This document shows positions 17,533 to 29,540 of a DNA stretch of 49,669 nt, in pieces (position 1 is the stretch's first letter; each line of letters starts with the position of its first letter). The DNA is taken from contig JAOADC010000066.1 in assembly GCA_026417515.1 (NCBI GenBank), positions 1 to 49,669 of the forward strand. Reading direction: 5' to 3'. The position numbers and the translations under genes are program-made. The stretch comes from Actinomycetota bacterium (GTDB lineage: Bacteria; Actinomycetota; Aquicultoria; SKW223). The notes below the pieces were generated by a model that was given only the letters and a program-made list of their open reading frames with translations, did no database searches and had not been told where the DNA came from.

Positions 17533-18808
17533 AGGCGCAGAAGTATGGGAAGAAAACATAAGGAAGCAACTTGATATTCTCATTGAAGATGGGTTTATTA
17601 AGGAACTGGGAGAAGGTATAACCAATAAAAATACCAGAGTCATAGATGCAAATGGATGTGTTGCCCTACCTCTTTTTGTTGACCTTCACTGCCATTTAAG
17701 GACGCCTGGCGAAGAGCACAAGGAAAACTTAGAAACCGGTCTTGGGGCAGCCCTTAAGGGTGGTTTTCATACTGTTGTTGCGATGCCTAATACAAAACCA
17801 CCAATTGATAAGCCAGAATTAGTCAGGTATCTGATAGATGCTGCTGCGAAGTTGGATAAGGCTGACTTAAAGGTTGCTGGAGCCATCACAGAAAATCTTC
17901 AAGGAAAGCGAAGAACATCGCTAGAATCTCTATTCCTGGCAGGTGCATCTGCTGCTTCTGACGATGGTTATGCAGTCAACAATACAGGTTTGCTACTTGA
18001 ATCTTTTAAGGAAGCAGCAATCTTAGATATGCCAATCTTCCTTCACGAGGAAGATTACGAACTTTCAAACAGATCAGGCATCAATGAAGGTAGGGTTTCA
18101 TTCGAAGCAGGAGTATTTGGAAACCATCCTTTAAGTGAAGCTTTGCCAGCAGCAAGAGATATATTGCTAGCAAGACAGGTTGGAGCAAGAGTTCATATCC
18201 AGCATGTTTCTTCAAAAGAAACAGTTGATGTGCTGAAAATGTTAAAGTTCAAAAACATAACTGCTGAAGCAACACCTCATCACCTTATATTTGATGAAAG
18301 TGCAACTCTAAGTCTTAATCCTTTGTATAAAACCAATCCACCACTCAGATCAAAAGAGGATAGAGAAGCCATTTTGGAGGCTGTCAAATCAGGATTAATA
18401 GACTGTATAGCCACTGATCATGCTCCTCATACTGTCGAAGATAAATCGCTTCCTTATGAAGATGCACTGTCAGGTATGGCCTGGTTTGAACTTGTTTTTC
18501 CAGCCATCTATACATATCTGGTTCTTAAGGAACTGCTTTCTCCTGGAGATTTGGTGAGGTTGTTAACCATCAATCCCTGTAGAATTTTAAAAATTTCTAA
18601 GAGACCTCGAATATCTGTTGGAGAGAGAGCAAACATTGCTATATTCGATGTCTCAACAAAAAAATCTTTAGAAAAAATAGGTTCAAAATCAAAAGCATCA
18701 AACAATCCACTTTTTAGCACAGAACTCTTTGGATTTACGAAGGCGGTTTTCAAGGATGGAAAATTGAGATTCCTTGAAGAGACATTTTTGGAAGGGGAGG
18801 AAAATTAG
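17516..18808 (+). CDS. pyrC: Dihydroorotase
   Basis: DLHCHLRTPG, MPNT.P, EATPHH, NPPLR, ATDHAPH; TTG 17516 after AGGAG. Confidence 0.95.
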   Translation: MKFLIKGAEVWEENIRKQLDILIEDGFIKELGEGITNKNTRVIDANGCVALPLFVDLHCHLRTPGEEHKENLETGLGAALKGGFHTVVAMPNTKPPIDKPELVRYLIDAAAKLDKADLKVAGAITENLQGKRRTSLESLFLAGASAASDDGYAVNNTGLLLESFKEAAILDMPIFLHEEDYELSNRSGINEGRVSFEAGVFGNHPLSEALPAARDILLARQVGARVHIQHVSSKETVDVLKMLKFKNITAEATPHHLIFDESATLSLNPLYKTNPPLRSKEDREAILEAVKSGLIDCIATDHAPHTVEDKSLPYEDALSGMAWFELVFPAIYTYLVLKELLSPGDLVRLLTINPCRILKISKRPRISVGERANIAIFDVSTKKSLEKIGSKSKASNNPLFSTELFGFTKAVFKDGKLRFLEETFLEGEEN

Positions 18809-18809
18809 T

Positions 18810-19967
18810 TTGGAAAAAAGAATAAAAGCCATAATCGCCCTTGAAGATGGTTATTTTGATGAAGGTTATGCCTGTGGGGCTGAAGGAGAGACTGCAGGAG
18901 AATTAATCTTCAATACATCAATGACAGGTTATCAAGAGGTCTTTACTGACCCTTCTTATGCAGGTCAAATTGTAATTATGACTTATCCTCAGATTGGCAA
19001 TTACGGCATCAATTACGAAGATGAAGAATCTGACGGTCCAAAAACGGCAGGTGTCGTTGTTAGGGAATTGAGCGATTATCCAAGCAACTGGAGGAGTGAA
19101 GATAGTTTAAGAAATTACCTAAAAAAGCACGGGATTGTTGCCATAGAAGGGGTTGACACAAGAGAGCTTGTTAGAAGGATAAGAGACAAGGGCGCAATGA
19201 ATGCCGTCATCTCGACAGTTGACTTAAATCCAAAGAATTTAGTCGAAAAAGCCAGAAACTTTCCTAAAATGGAGGGACTCGATCTTGTAGCAGAAGTAAC
19301 GACAGATAAGCCCTATCTATTTTCTTCGGAAGGAGACTTCAAGGTTGCTGTTCTTGATGGGGGCGTGAAAAGAAGCATACTTGAACTATTGGCAAGAGAA
19401 AATCTGATTGTTGAAGTCCTACCAGCAAAAACACCTGCAGAAGAGATTCTTGCAAATGGTTATGATGGCTTTTTCATCTCAAACGGTCCTGGAGACCCTG
19501 CTGCCCTGGATTACATGATTGAAACCACAAGAAAAATCTTGGGAAAAATTCCTGTATTCGGAATTTGCCTTGGACACCAAATCATTGCACTTGCATCTGG
19601 CTTGAGAACAGAAAAAATGAAGTTTGGTCATCACGGATCAAACCAACCTGTGAAGAATCTCAAGACTGGAAGAATTGAAATAGCTTCAGAAAATCACGGT
19701 TTTGCCGTATCTCGCAAGTCTCTGAAACTTAAACCTTTTAAATACATACCTGGAGAAGCTTCGAAGATAAGAAGTGAAATTGGTACTACTGAGTTTGGCG
19801 ATGTGGAACTTACTTTTATGAACCTTAACGATGGCACGATCGAAGGATTTTCTTTCCTTGAAATTCCTTGTTTCTGCGTACAGTTTCATCCAGAAGCCTC
19901 TCCAGGTCCACACGACACGAGATATCTATTCAGTGAATTTAGAAAAATGATCGAAGGAGGAAGGTAG
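18810..19967 (+). CDS. carA: Carbamoyl-phosphate synthase small subunit
   Basis: [39 protein letters not shown]; TTG 18810 after GGAGG. Confidence 0.97.
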   Translation: MEKRIKAIIALEDGYFDEGYACGAEGETAGELIFNTSMTGYQEVFTDPSYAGQIVIMTYPQIGNYGINYEDEESDGPKTAGVVVRELSDYPSNWRSEDSLRNYLKKHGIVAIEGVDTRELVRRIRDKGAMNAVISTVDLNPKNLVEKARNFPKMEGLDLVAEVTTDKPYLFSSEGDFKVAVLDGGVKRSILELLARENLIVEVLPAKTPAEEILANGYDGFFISNGPGDPAALDYMIETTRKILGKIPVFGICLGHQIIALASGLRTEKMKFGHHGSNQPVKNLKTGRIEIASENHGFAVSRKSLKLKPFKYIPGEASKIRSEIGTTEFGDVELTFMNLNDGTIEGFSFLEIPCFCVQFHPEASPGPHDTRYLFSEFRKMIEGGR

Positions 19968-22900
19968 TGCCGAAGAGAAAGGACATTAAAAAAATACTAA
20001 TAATTGGTTCAGGACCAATTGTTATCGGACAAGCCTGTGAGTTTGATTATTCAGGTACACAGGCCTTAAAAGCATTAAGAGAAGAAGGATACAAACTTAT
20101 TCTTGTAAACTCAAATCCAGCCACCATAATGACAGATCCATCGATGGCAGATAAAACATATATTGAACCACTTACTCCTGAATTCCTTGAGAAGGTGATT
20201 GCAAAAGAGCGTCCTGATGCACTGCTTCCAACACTCGGTGGACAGACCGGACTCAACCTCAGTGTTTTTCTGGCTGAACAAGGAATCCTTCATAAATACG
20301 GTGTTGAGATGATTGGAGCAAGACTTGAGACAATCAAGAAGGCTGAAGATAGATTGCTTTTTAAGAAAGCAATGAGAAACATAGGTCTTGAGGTTCCTCC
20401 TTCTGGTTATGCAAAAAGCCTCGATGAAGCGCTGGAAATATTAAAAACAATTGGTTTTCCTGCAATCATACGCCCTTCTTTTACTCTCGGCGGTTCAGGT
20501 GGTGGCATTGCTTTCAATCAGGAGGAGTTTGAGCAGATAGTTAGCAGGGGTCTTATGGAATCTCCATTCCATGAGGTTCTTGTTGAGAAGTCTGTACTTG
20601 GGTGGAAGGAATATGAATTAGAGGTTATGCGTGATAAGAACGACAATGTGGTGATAGTTTGTTCAATTGAAAACTTTGATCCGATGGGTGTACACACTGG
20701 AGATTCAATAACTGTGGCTCCTGCACAGACTCTCACTGATGTTGAATATCAGAACCTCAGAAACTATGCGATTGAAATAATGCGAGAGATCGGCGTTGAA
20801 ACAGGTGGTTCAAACATCCAGTTTGCGGTTGATCCTGAAACAGGCAAAGTTTATGTTATTGAGATGAATCCAAGGGTATCTCGTTCTTCAGCGCTGGCAA
20901 GCAAGGCAACTGGATTTCCAATAGCCAAGTTTGCAGCAAAATTAGCAGTGGGATACACACTTGATGAGATTGCAAATGATATTACAGGCAAGACACCTGC
21001 TTCATTTGAGCCAACAATTGATTATGTGGTAACGAAGATACCAAGATTCGCATTTGAAAAGTTTCCAGGTGCAAGCAATGTCTTAGGCACACAAATGAAA
21101 TCAGTTGGCGAGGTAATGGCCATTGGTAGAACCTTCAGAGAATCGGTAATGAAAGCCTTAAGGTCACTTGAAACAGATTTTTACGGTTGGAACGATTCTA
21201 AAACCATTAAAGACAAAGAAACTGTAATAAGGATGTTAACGACGCCAAATCCTGAGAGAATCTGCTATCTAAAAACAGCATTCAGATTAGGTCTTTCTGT
21301 TGAGGAAATAAGCGAGTATTCAAAAATTGATCCTTGGTTTATCGATCAGTTGCATATGATTTTTGAATTGGAACAGAGAATGCTCTCTGAAAAGGAGTTA
21401 ACAAAGGAAATACTCTTGGAAGCAAAGAGGAATGGATTTTCTGATCGGGAAATAGCAACCTGCTTCGGTATCGAAGAAAGCAAAGTACGCGAAGTAAGAA
21501 AGCAATATGGAATTAGCACAAAGTTTAAGATGGTTGATACCTGTGCTGCTGAGTTTGAAGCAAGGACACCATATTTTTACTCAACCTACGAGAAAACCTC
21601 AGACTCAACCCCACTAAAAAATCGAAAAGTTGTTATCCTTGGAAGTGGACCGAATAGAATAGGTCAGGGTATCGAGTTCGATTATATATGTGTTCATGCC
21701 TCGCTGGCCCTAAAAGATATGGGTATCGATTCGATAATGATTAACTGCAATCCTGAAACAGTATCTACAGATTATGATATCTCGAGCAGGCTATACTTCG
21801 AACCACTTACCCTTGAGGATGTTCTTGAAGTTATTGAGTATGAAAAACCTGACGGTGTAATAGTGCAGTTTGGTGGACAAACACCTCTTAAACTGGCAAT
21901 ACCTCTTGCGAAAAATGGTGTCAGAATACTCGGAACAAGCCCTTACAACATTGATATTGCTGAAGATAGACAGAGGTTTGCAGAGATTGTTAATAAACTT
22001 GGTTTAAAACAGGCACCTTTTGGTACAACAACTTCTCTTGAAGAAGCAATAGAACTTGCTGAAAGAATCGGGTACCCAGTCCTTGTCAGACCTTCCTATG
22101 TTCTTGGTGGAAGAGCAATGGAAATTGTCTATGGCAAGGAAATGCTCATAGATTATTTCAACAGGGCTGTTGAAGCATCAGAGGAGCATCCAGTTTTAAT
22201 TGATAGATTCTTAGAAGATGCGCTTGAGGTTGATGTTGATGCCATTTCTGATGGAGAAGAAGTCTTTATTGCAGGGATTATGGAGCACGTAGAGGAAGCA
22301 GGAATTCATTCAGGTGATAGTGCATGTGTATTGCCACCCGTGTCTTTAAGTGAAAACACGATAAAAGAAATAGAGGATGCAGTTAAAAGAATTGCACTTG
22401 AACTTAAGGTAGTTGGATTCATAAATGTTCAGATAGCAATAAAAGATGGCGAAATATATATTCTTGAAGCAAATCCTCGAGCGTCTCGAACAGTACCTTT
22501 TGTTGCAAAAGCAATAGGTTTGCCTCTTCCAAGCATAGCCACCCAGATCCTTTTAGGTAAGAAACTCTCTGACTTTCAACTACCTCGCAAGGTTGAACCC
22601 CCAATGGTATCTGTTAAGGAAGTCGTTCTTCCATTCAAGAAGTTCCCTGGGGTTGACATACTGCTTGGACCTGAGATGAGGTCAACTGGTGAAGTAATGG
22701 GTATTGATAGAAACTTCGCACTTGCGTTTGCTAAAGCACAGATTGCATCTGGAAATCGTCTTCCCCTTTCTGGCAAAGTATTTATAAGTGTTGCTGACAA
22801 AGATAAGCCAAAAATAGTTGAACTTGCTCGTGGTTTTATCGACCTTGGGTTCAAGGTTCTTGCCACGAAGGGTACAGCAGAGTTTTTAAATAAGAATGGT

Positions 22901-23173
22901 ATGAAAGTCGATGTTGTAATGAAGGTTAGAGAAGGTAGACCAAATATAGTCGATTATATTAAGTCTGGAGAGATCCAGTTGGTTATTAATACTCCATTTG
23001 GGCGAGAGACAAGAAGCGATGGATATTACATTCGTACAACAGCAGTTAACTATATGGTTCCCTGCATAACTACTCTACCAGGTGCATACGCCCTCTTAAA
23101 CGCATTAAGAGCAATTAAGGAAAGCGAATTTGAAGTATTTTCGCTGCAGGATATCCATGGAGGAACTGCATGA
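19967..23173 (+). CDS. carB: Carbamoyl-phosphate synthase large subunit
   Basis: [34 protein letters not shown], two ATP-grasp halves plus MGS domain. Confidence 0.98.
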   Translation: MPKRKDIKKILIIGSGPIVIGQACEFDYSGTQALKALREEGYKLILVNSNPATIMTDPSMADKTYIEPLTPEFLEKVIAKERPDALLPTLGGQTGLNLSVFLAEQGILHKYGVEMIGARLETIKKAEDRLLFKKAMRNIGLEVPPSGYAKSLDEALEILKTIGFPAIIRPSFTLGGSGGGIAFNQEEFEQIVSRGLMESPFHEVLVEKSVLGWKEYELEVMRDKNDNVVIVCSIENFDPMGVHTGDSITVAPAQTLTDVEYQNLRNYAIEIMREIGVETGGSNIQFAVDPETGKVYVIEMNPRVSRSSALASKATGFPIAKFAAKLAVGYTLDEIANDITGKTPASFEPTIDYVVTKIPRFAFEKFPGASNVLGTQMKSVGEVMAIGRTFRESVMKALRSLETDFYGWNDSKTIKDKETVIRMLTTPNPERICYLKTAFRLGLSVEEISEYSKIDPWFIDQLHMIFELEQRMLSEKELTKEILLEAKRNGFSDREIATCFGIEESKVREVRKQYGISTKFKMVDTCAAEFEARTPYFYSTYEKTSDSTPLKNRKVVILGSGPNRIGQGIEFDYICVHASLALKDMGIDSIMINCNPETVSTDYDISSRLYFEPLTLEDVLEVIEYEKPDGVIVQFGGQTPLKLAIPLAKNGVRILGTSPYNIDIAEDRQRFAEIVNKLGLKQAPFGTTTSLEEAIELAERIGYPVLVRPSYVLGGRAMEIVYGKEMLIDYFNRAVEASEEHPVLIDRFLEDALEVDVDAISDGEEVFIAGIMEHVEEAGIHSGDSACVLPPVSLSENTIKEIEDAVKRIALELKVVGFINVQIAIKDGEIYILEANPRASRTVPFVAKAIGLPLPSIATQILLGKKLSDFQLPRKVEPPMVSVKEVVLPFKKFPGVDILLGPEMRSTGEVMGIDRNFALAFAKAQIASGNRLPLSGKVFISVADKDKPKIVELARGFIDLGFKVLATKGTAEFLNKNGMKVDVVMKVREGRPNIVDYIKSGEIQLVINTPFGRETRSDGYYIRTTAVNYMVPCITTLPGAYALLNALRAIKESEFEVFSLQDIHGGTA

Positions 23174-23949
23174 ATGATTTAAAACCGGTTTTAACCGATG
23201 CAAAAGTTGTCAAATTACAAGGAGTTGCAAAAGGCATTTTTGAACTCCTCTTAAAACCAGAAATTGAGATGCCAGAACCTCAACCATTCCAGTTTGTAAG
23301 CCTTCATTATGGCAGTTTTCAACTTAGACGACCTTTCTCAGTTGCAGGTTTCAAAGAAGGCCTTTTGCGAGTTGTTTTTAAAATCAAGGGAAGGATGACA
23401 GAAGAATTAGCAAGTTTAAGAATTGGAGAAAAAATAAGTCTTATGGGACCTCTCGGAAGTGCCTTTGATTATTCAAAATATAAGAGAGTACTTGCAGTTG
23501 CTGGCGGAATTGGCATAGCGCCCTTTCTTTATTTTTTTTCAAAGGAGGTTAATAGCAGGGATATATCGTTGATATATGGAGTAAAAACTCTCGAAGAAGC
23601 CTGGTACGAAGAGATTTTCACAGATTTAAAGGGGTTTTTACTGGTAACAGAAGATGGAAGCTCTAATTATTATGGATATCCAGTTGATTACATAATTCAA
23701 GTTTCCTCTTACTTCAATCCTGATGCAGTGGTTGTCGTTGGTCCTCAGGCGATGCTTGAATCTCTCATACCGGTGACTTTTCAGTTGAATGTGCCTTTCT
23801 TTGTCTCTTTAGAGCCCTATATGGGATGTTCTCTTGGTGCCTGTGGTTCATGCCTTGTTAAACTTTCAGACGGAACCTACGTAAAAGCCTGTACAGAAGG
23901 ACCTGTTTTTGATTTAAAACGACTATCAATGGGTGGTGTCCAAAAATAG
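23170..23949 (+). CDS. pyrK: Dihydroorotate dehydrogenase electron-transfer subunit
   Basis: [28 protein letters not shown]...CTEGPVF (2Fe-2S). Confidence 0.93.
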   Translation: MNDLKPVLTDAKVVKLQGVAKGIFELLLKPEIEMPEPQPFQFVSLHYGSFQLRRPFSVAGFKEGLLRVVFKIKGRMTEELASLRIGEKISLMGPLGSAFDYSKYKRVLAVAGGIGIAPFLYFFSKEVNSRDISLIYGVKTLEEAWYEEIFTDLKGFLLVTEDGSSNYYGYPVDYIIQVSSYFNPDAVVVVGPQAMLESLIPVTFQLNVPFFVSLEPYMGCSLGACGSCLVKLSDGTYVKACTEGPVFDLKRLSMGGVQK

Positions 23950-23951
23950 AT

Positions 23952-24866
23952 TTGACATTGAAACTTAGTAAAACAACTCTTAAATCTCCACTCGTATTAC
24001 TCTCTGGCACAGTAAGTCCTCAAATTCTTTCCTTTCTAAGACCTGATTCAATAGGCTTAGTGGTATTAAAGACAATAACCTTAAAACCCAAAGAGCCAAA
24101 CCCTGAACCAAGAATGTGGGACCTTGGATTTGGTGTCTTAAACTCAATCGGATTATTTAATCTAGGAGTTGATAACTTTATTTCTAAAGAACTTCCAAAG
24201 TATTTAGAACTAGGTTTTGACTATGGTATAAGCATCTCAGGATTTTCAAGGGACGAGTTTATAGAGGTTGCACGTAGGGTTTCTCAGAGTGTGCGTGACA
24301 TAGAAAACATTAAAGCACTGGAACTCAACTTTTCCTGTCCAAATGTGGAAAAGGGAGGCATTCAATTTGCAAGCCAGCCAGAAGAGATAAACTATCTGAC
24401 TTCAGAAGTGACAAGAAATTTTAACGGTGAGGTATGGGTAAAGATATCTCCTGTTTATGATGTTTTAGAACAGGTCAACGCTGCCATTGATGGTGGCGCA
24501 ACCGGTATCGTCGTTGCCAATACTTTTCCTTCAACAGCTTTTGATAGATCGTTAAGAAATGTACTTGGAGCTGGGTCTGGTGGACTTTCAGGCCCAGCGC
24601 TTCTGCCTATAAACTTGCTCAATGTCAAGAAAGCAAGCTCAATCAAAACCTTAATAATTGCTTCAGGAGGCGTTGATTCTTTTCACGCCTTTAAAAGTTA
24701 TATTGCTGCAGGCGCCAATCTGGTAGGAATTGGAACAGCGCTTTTCCGAAATCCGCTCTTGCCAGAGCATTTAATAGAAGAGTTGAAATCTGAAATGAAA
24801 TCCTTAAATGTTGGCAGTTTTTCAGAGTATTTAATAACTGTGCGCAGAAAAGAGGAAGAGAAGTGA
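23952..24866 (+). CDS. pyrD: Dihydroorotate dehydrogenase (family 1B) catalytic subunit
   Basis: NSIGL.N, ELNFSCPNV, VKISP, ANT, GGLSGP, SGGV, GTA. Confidence 0.9.
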   Translation: MTLKLSKTTLKSPLVLLSGTVSPQILSFLRPDSIGLVVLKTITLKPKEPNPEPRMWDLGFGVLNSIGLFNLGVDNFISKELPKYLELGFDYGISISGFSRDEFIEVARRVSQSVRDIENIKALELNFSCPNVEKGGIQFASQPEEINYLTSEVTRNFNGEVWVKISPVYDVLEQVNAAIDGGATGIVVANTFPSTAFDRSLRNVLGAGSGGLSGPALLPINLLNVKKASSIKTLIIASGGVDSFHAFKSYIAAGANLVGIGTALFRNPLLPEHLIEELKSEMKSLNVGSFSEYLITVRRKEEEK

Positions 24867-25528
24867 TGAAGGAAAAGATAATAGTTGCTCTGGACGTAGA
24901 TTTTGAAGAAGCAAAAAAAATTGTTATGGAATTAGGAGATCTTTGTACATTTTACAAGGTCGGCCTAACTCTTTTTTATCAGTCGTTTTATAAAATCATC
25001 GATTTTTTAAAAGAAAACCAGAAGCGCATTTTTCTTGATTTGAAATTACATGATATACCATATCAAGTTAGAGGTGCTGCAAAGAGTTTGAGTATTTTTG
25101 AGCCTGAGTTTCTCACAGTCCATGCTTCCTCAGGAAAGGAAGCCATTGCTGCTGCTAAAGAAGGTTCAGGAAAAAAAACAAAGGTTATAGCAGTTACTGT
25201 TCTAACATCGATTGGAATGACAGCTGATAAAGCCAGAGAGACTGTACTTGATCTTGCTATTGAAGCAGCAAAAGGAGGGGCAGACGGTTTTGTTTGCTCT
25301 GGTCTCGAAGTATCAGATTTGAAAAACTACTATCCAGATAAGTTAGCGATTGTTCCAGGAGTAAGATCTTTGGTTCAGCCAGATGATGACCAGAAGAGAA
25401 TAGTTACTCCTGAAGAAGCTTTTGAAAGAGGAGCCGATTTCATAGTGGTGGGCAGAGAAATTACAAGGTCAGACTCTCCTCGTTCTCAATTGGTTCAGAT
25501 ACTTGAAAGGTTAAACCGCTTTGATTAG
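24863..25528 (+). CDS. pyrF: Orotidine-5'-phosphate decarboxylase
   Basis: IVALD, FLDLKLHDIP, VTVLTS, VPGVR, DQKR, VVGR. Confidence 0.96.
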   Translation: MMKEKIIVALDVDFEEAKKIVMELGDLCTFYKVGLTLFYQSFYKIIDFLKENQKRIFLDLKLHDIPYQVRGAAKSLSIFEPEFLTVHASSGKEAIAAAKEGSGKKTKVIAVTVLTSIGMTADKARETVLDLAIEAAKGGADGFVCSGLEVSDLKNYYPDKLAIVPGVRSLVQPDDDQKRIVTPEEAFERGADFIVVGREITRSDSPRSQLVQILERLNRFD

Positions 25529-25560
25529 GAAAAATATATCTTTTAGTCCGTTAATAATTG

Positions 25561-25589
25561 TTGCAGAAGTAATGACCTATATTTATAAT
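25561..25589 (+). promoter_or_regulatory. Sigma70-type promoter upstream of mIHF
   Basis: TTGCAG-17 nt-TATAAT. Confidence 0.6.
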
Positions 25590-25644
25590 GCATTATGATT
25601 AAATAAGTGCTGGTAAAAGCACTGAAACGAAAGGGGAGGTTGGT

Positions 25645-25953
25645 ATGGCTCTTCCAAGTTTGTCACCTGAAGCAAGAAAAGAGGCTTTGGCTAAGGCATT
25701 GGAGGTTCGTCGCAAGAGAGCTGAAATCCGCGAACAATTAAAGAGCGGAAAGCTCTCACTTGCTGATGTCCTTAACAAAGCTAACGACCCAGTTATTGGT
25801 AGAATGAAAGTTTCCACCTTGCTTCAGTCCCTCCAGGGTATAGGCAAGAAGAGGGCTGAAAAGATTATGGAGGAAGTTGGTATTTCTGAGAATAGAAGAG
25901 TTCAAGGACTGGGCAAGAAGCAGAAGGAAGAACTTCTAAAAAGGGTAGGATAA
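25645..25953 (+). CDS. mihF: Actinobacterial-type integration host factor (mIHF/sIHF)
   Basis: MALP.L.PE.R..AL.KA...R..RAE....LK.G...MKVS.LL.SL.G.GK.RA..IME..GISE.RRV.GLG..Q; lies between pyrF and gmk. Confidence 0.95.
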   Translation: MALPSLSPEARKEALAKALEVRRKRAEIREQLKSGKLSLADVLNKANDPVIGRMKVSTLLQSLQGIGKKRAEKIMEEVGISENRRVQGLGKKQKEELLKRVG

Positions 25954-25963
25954 TCTCCATTTA

Positions 25964-26530
25964 ATGCCCAAAAAAGGAAAAATATTTGTAATCTCTGGAC
26001 CATCCGGAGCGGGCAAGAGCACAATCGTAAAAGAGTTGCTCAAACTCGCTCCGGATTTGGTTCTTTCTATATCTGCTACTTCCAGGAAACCCAGAGCAGG
26101 TGAAGTAGACGGAAAAGATTACTTTTTTTTAACGCGCAGTGAGTTTGAAAGGAAAGTTAAAGAAAACTACTTTATAGAATGGGCAGAAGTTCACGGCAAC
26201 CTCTACGGAACACCAAAGGATTTCGTAAATGAGAATCTGCAAAATGGTCGATCAGTAATACTTGAAATCGATGTTCAGGGAGCATTGAAAGTCAAAGAAA
26301 CCTTTGAAGATGCGGTCCTTATTTTTATCGAGCCGCCGGATTTTGAAGAGCTTGAAAGAAGATTAAAGTCTCGCAGTACAGACGATGAGGAAACTATAAA
26401 TCTAAGACTACAAAACGCAATTTACGAAATGGCTTTAGCAAAATATTATAATTACAGGATTGTTAATAAAGATTTAAAGAAAACTATTGAAGAGATTATT
26501 AAAATAATCAGGGAGGAAGAAAAGAAATGA
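25964..26530 (+). CDS. gmk: Guanylate kinase
   Basis: SGPSGAGKST, SATSR.PR.GE.DG.DY, YGTP, LEIDVQGA. Confidence 0.97.
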   Translation: MPKKGKIFVISGPSGAGKSTIVKELLKLAPDLVLSISATSRKPRAGEVDGKDYFFLTRSEFERKVKENYFIEWAEVHGNLYGTPKDFVNENLQNGRSVILEIDVQGALKVKETFEDAVLIFIEPPDFEELERRLKSRSTDDEETINLRLQNAIYEMALAKYYNYRIVNKDLKKTIEEIIKIIREEEKK

Positions 26531-27039
26531 TAGGAAAAATAGATTATTCAGCACTTATTAATTTAGTTGGTAGCAAATACAGGCTGTGTGTTGTTTCAGC
26601 AAAAAGAGCCGAGCAGTTGGTAGATAATCAGGTAAGATTAAGGAACGGAAAGAAACCCTTGTATGAGAGTGAACTGATTGACGAAATAGGAAAGTCTCCA
26701 TTATATGTAGCGCTGAGAGAGATTGAAGAAGGTTACATTATTCCATACATTCCTGAAGAAGAAGCTCAGATTGAGGAAGTTGAAAGGATAACAGCAGGTG
26801 AAATCATTAATCCTTACGAAGCAGAAATTGATGCCAATAAGATTCTGGCAGACCTCGAAAATATGCTTCAAGAAATGCAAACTTATTTGAACGTTAAAGA
26901 GGAGAGCGAAGAAAAGAAAGTTTTCCCGAACAACATCGAATTACTCGAGGAGACGAGCAATCAGGAAAGCCTAGAAGAATTACAGGAGAAGGAACTGAGC
27001 CTGGCAGAGGAAGAAGAAAAGGCTCTTGAGGAAGAGTAG
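26527..27039 (+). CDS. rpoZ: RNA polymerase omega subunit with long acidic C-terminal extension
   Basis: SKYRLCVVSAKRAEQL...PL.VALREIEEG; lies between gmk and coaBC. Confidence 0.8.
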   Translation: MIGKIDYSALINLVGSKYRLCVVSAKRAEQLVDNQVRLRNGKKPLYESELIDEIGKSPLYVALREIEEGYIIPYIPEEEAQIEEVERITAGEIINPYEAEIDANKILADLENMLQEMQTYLNVKEESEEKKVFPNNIELLEETSNQESLEELQEKELSLAEEEEKALEEE

Positions 27040-28225
27040 TAATTTAGAAAAAAGAATTTTACTTGGAGTGACCGGAAGCGTAGCTGCTTTCCGGTCGCTT
27101 GAACTTTTAAGAAAACTCGTAAAGAACGGTTTTGTCGTTGATGTTGTTTTAACAGAAGGAGCCGAGCTTTTCTTAACACCACTATCTTTCACCTCACTGA
27201 CCAATGGAAATGTTTATCCATCAGGATCAGGTTACCTGACGCCTTTTGCTCATCTTGATCTTGCCAAAGGCTCTCAACTTATTGTTGTCTGTCCTGCAAC
27301 TGCTAATACCTTAAACAAAATCGCCAATGGAATTGCTGATAACCTTTTAACGTCCGTTCTTATTGCCTCAACTGCAAGAAAAATTGTTTGTCCGGCAATG
27401 AATGTAAATATGTATCGTTCTCAGCAGGTTCAGGATTCTTTGAAAAAACTAAGAAATATGGGATATATCGTTATCGAACCTCAAAAAGGACAACTTGCAT
27501 GTGGCGATGAAGGGGAAGGAAAACTTGCACCTTTAGAAGAAATTTTTGCAACTATTATGGAGTCAAGTGAGGAAATTGAATTAATTCAGGGTCTAAAAGT
27601 TCTTGTTGTTTCAGGTCCTACTCGTGAGTGGATAGATGAGGTCAGATTTATTTCAAACGCTTCTTCAGGCTTAATGGGAACTGCCCTTGCAGCTGAGGCA
27701 AAGTCACTTGGCGCTGAAGTAGTTTTTATTACAGGACCCTGTGAGAACAGGTTTTACCTCGCTGACAAGATTCTATATGTAGAATCAGCAAAAGATATGT
27801 ACGATGCTGTGATGCAAGAGATTGACGATGCTGATGTGCTTGTAATGGCAGCAGCAGTTGCTGACTTTACTGTAAGGAAGCATAAAGGAAAGGTAAAAAA
27901 GGAAGATATCGAAAAGTTTACCTTGGAACTGGAGCCCACAGTGGATATTCTTAGGGAAGCAGGTTCGAGGAAGAAAAATGGTCAGATTTTTGTTGGGTTT
28001 AGCCTTGAAACTGATAACTTGCTGGATAATGCGCTAACTAAACTTAAGAAAAAAAATCTTGACATCATTGTTGCAAATAGTCCAGAAAGTTTTTCAAAGG
28101 ACATAACAAATGCAACTATCATAAGAAAAGATGGTACTCAGGTTGATTTAGAAAAAGTCTCAAAGCGAAAAATAGCAATGGAAGTTTTCAAAGAAGTTGC
28201 AAGACTTAGGAAATTAAGCAGATAA
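27026..28225 (+). CDS. coaBC: Phosphopantothenoylcysteine decarboxylase/ligase
   Basis: LGVTGSVAA, PATAN, PAMN..MY, LACGDEGEG, GPTRE.ID.VRFISN.SSG.MG, AAAVADF. Confidence 0.96.
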   Translation: MRKSSNLEKRILLGVTGSVAAFRSLELLRKLVKNGFVVDVVLTEGAELFLTPLSFTSLTNGNVYPSGSGYLTPFAHLDLAKGSQLIVVCPATANTLNKIANGIADNLLTSVLIASTARKIVCPAMNVNMYRSQQVQDSLKKLRNMGYIVIEPQKGQLACGDEGEGKLAPLEEIFATIMESSEEIELIQGLKVLVVSGPTREWIDEVRFISNASSGLMGTALAAEAKSLGAEVVFITGPCENRFYLADKILYVESAKDMYDAVMQEIDDADVLVMAAAVADFTVRKHKGKVKKEDIEKFTLELEPTVDILREAGSRKKNGQIFVGFSLETDNLLDNALTKLKKKNLDIIVANSPESFSKDITNATIIRKDGTQVDLEKVSKRKIAMEVFKEVARLRKLSR

Positions 28226-28321
28226 ATTACCTTTGAATCTCTCCAAAAAATATTTGTTGAATCAAACCCGTTTATTTGATATCTTATATGTTTGCTTTTA
28301 TGTTTGAATCGGAGGTGAGAA

Positions 28322-29524
28322 ATGTCCAGAAACTACCTTTTTACTTCAGAATCTGTAACTGAAGGCCATCCTGATAAGGTTGCAGACCAGATTTCAGATG
28401 CGATTCTTGATGCAATCATTGCTGATGATCCTCAAGCAAGAGTAGCCTGCGAAACACTTGTCACAACCGGGCTGGTGTTCATCTCAGGAGAAATATCTAC
28501 TACAACCTATGTTGATATACCTAAGATTGTTCGTAATACAGTAAAAGAAATTGGCTATACTCGTGCAAAGTATGGATTTGACGGTGATACTTGTGGTGTT
28601 GTGGTTTCCATTGATGAACAGTCTCCTGATATTGCTCAAGGAGTCTTAGATGCCTATGAACATAGAACAGGACACATTGAAGACGAAGAACTCGATAAGA
28701 TAGGTGCTGGCGATCAGGGAATGATGTTTGGCTATGCCTGCAATGAAACTGAAGAACTTATGCCTTTGCCAATAGTTCTTGCCCATAAATTAGCACGCAG
28801 ACTGGCAGATGTTAGAAAAGCAGGTATTCTGCCTTATTTAAGGCCAGACGGCAAAACGCAGGTAACTGTTGAGTACGAGAATGGACGTCCTGTGGCAGTA
28901 AGAAAAGTCCTTATTTCTGCACAGCATAAACCTGGTGTAGACATTGAAGGATTGCTCAAACCAGACCTTTTTGAACACGTCCTAAAACCAATCATTCCCG
29001 AGGAGCTTGTTGATTACAAAACCTTGAAGTTTTATGTTAACCCAACTGGCAAATTTGAAATTGGTGGTCCGATGGCCGACACTGGACTTACAGGAAGAAA
29101 GATTATTGTCGATACTTATGGAGGAATGGCAAGGCACGGAGGCGGCTGTTTTTCTGGAAAAGATCCTACAAAAGTTGACCGTTCTGGCGCTTATGCAGCA
29201 AGATATGTTGCAAAGAATATTGTTGCTGCAGGACTTGCAGACCGCTGCGAAGTGCAGATAGCCTATGCTATCGGTATAGCTCATCCTGTATCAATAATGG
29301 TGGAAACTTTTGGCACCGAAAAGGTAGACGTTAAGATAATTGAGAATCTTATCCGCGATTACTTTGATCTCAGACCAGCAGCAATCATTCGTGATCTGGA
29401 CCTAAGAAGACCTATTTATAAGAAAACTGCTGTCTACGGACACTTTGGACGTATGGATTCTGATTTTACCTGGGAAAGAGTTGACAAGGCTGAACTCTTA
29501 AGAGAAGCAGCGGGTTTGAAATAG
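28322..29524 (+). CDS. metK: S-adenosylmethionine synthetase
   Basis: [34 protein letters not shown]. Confidence 0.98.
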   Translation: MSRNYLFTSESVTEGHPDKVADQISDAILDAIIADDPQARVACETLVTTGLVFISGEISTTTYVDIPKIVRNTVKEIGYTRAKYGFDGDTCGVVVSIDEQSPDIAQGVLDAYEHRTGHIEDEELDKIGAGDQGMMFGYACNETEELMPLPIVLAHKLARRLADVRKAGILPYLRPDGKTQVTVEYENGRPVAVRKVLISAQHKPGVDIEGLLKPDLFEHVLKPIIPEELVDYKTLKFYVNPTGKFEIGGPMADTGLTGRKIIVDTYGGMARHGGGCFSGKDPTKVDRSGAYAARYVAKNIVAAGLADRCEVQIAYAIGIAHPVSIMVETFGTEKVDVKIIENLIRDYFDLRPAAIIRDLDLRRPIYKKTAVYGHFGRMDSDFTWERVDKAELLREAAGLK

Positions 29525-29540
29525 CCCCTTTTTATTTATA

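Noticed and set aside
28226-28321. Possible SAM riboswitch upstream of metK
   Set aside because: Short AT-rich gap without recognisable SAM-I/IV or SMK core sequences
29512-29533. Possible terminator after metK (GGGTT-TGAAAT-AGCCC + T5)
   Set aside because: Only a 5-bp stem with a G-U pair, overlapping the stop codon; too weak to call
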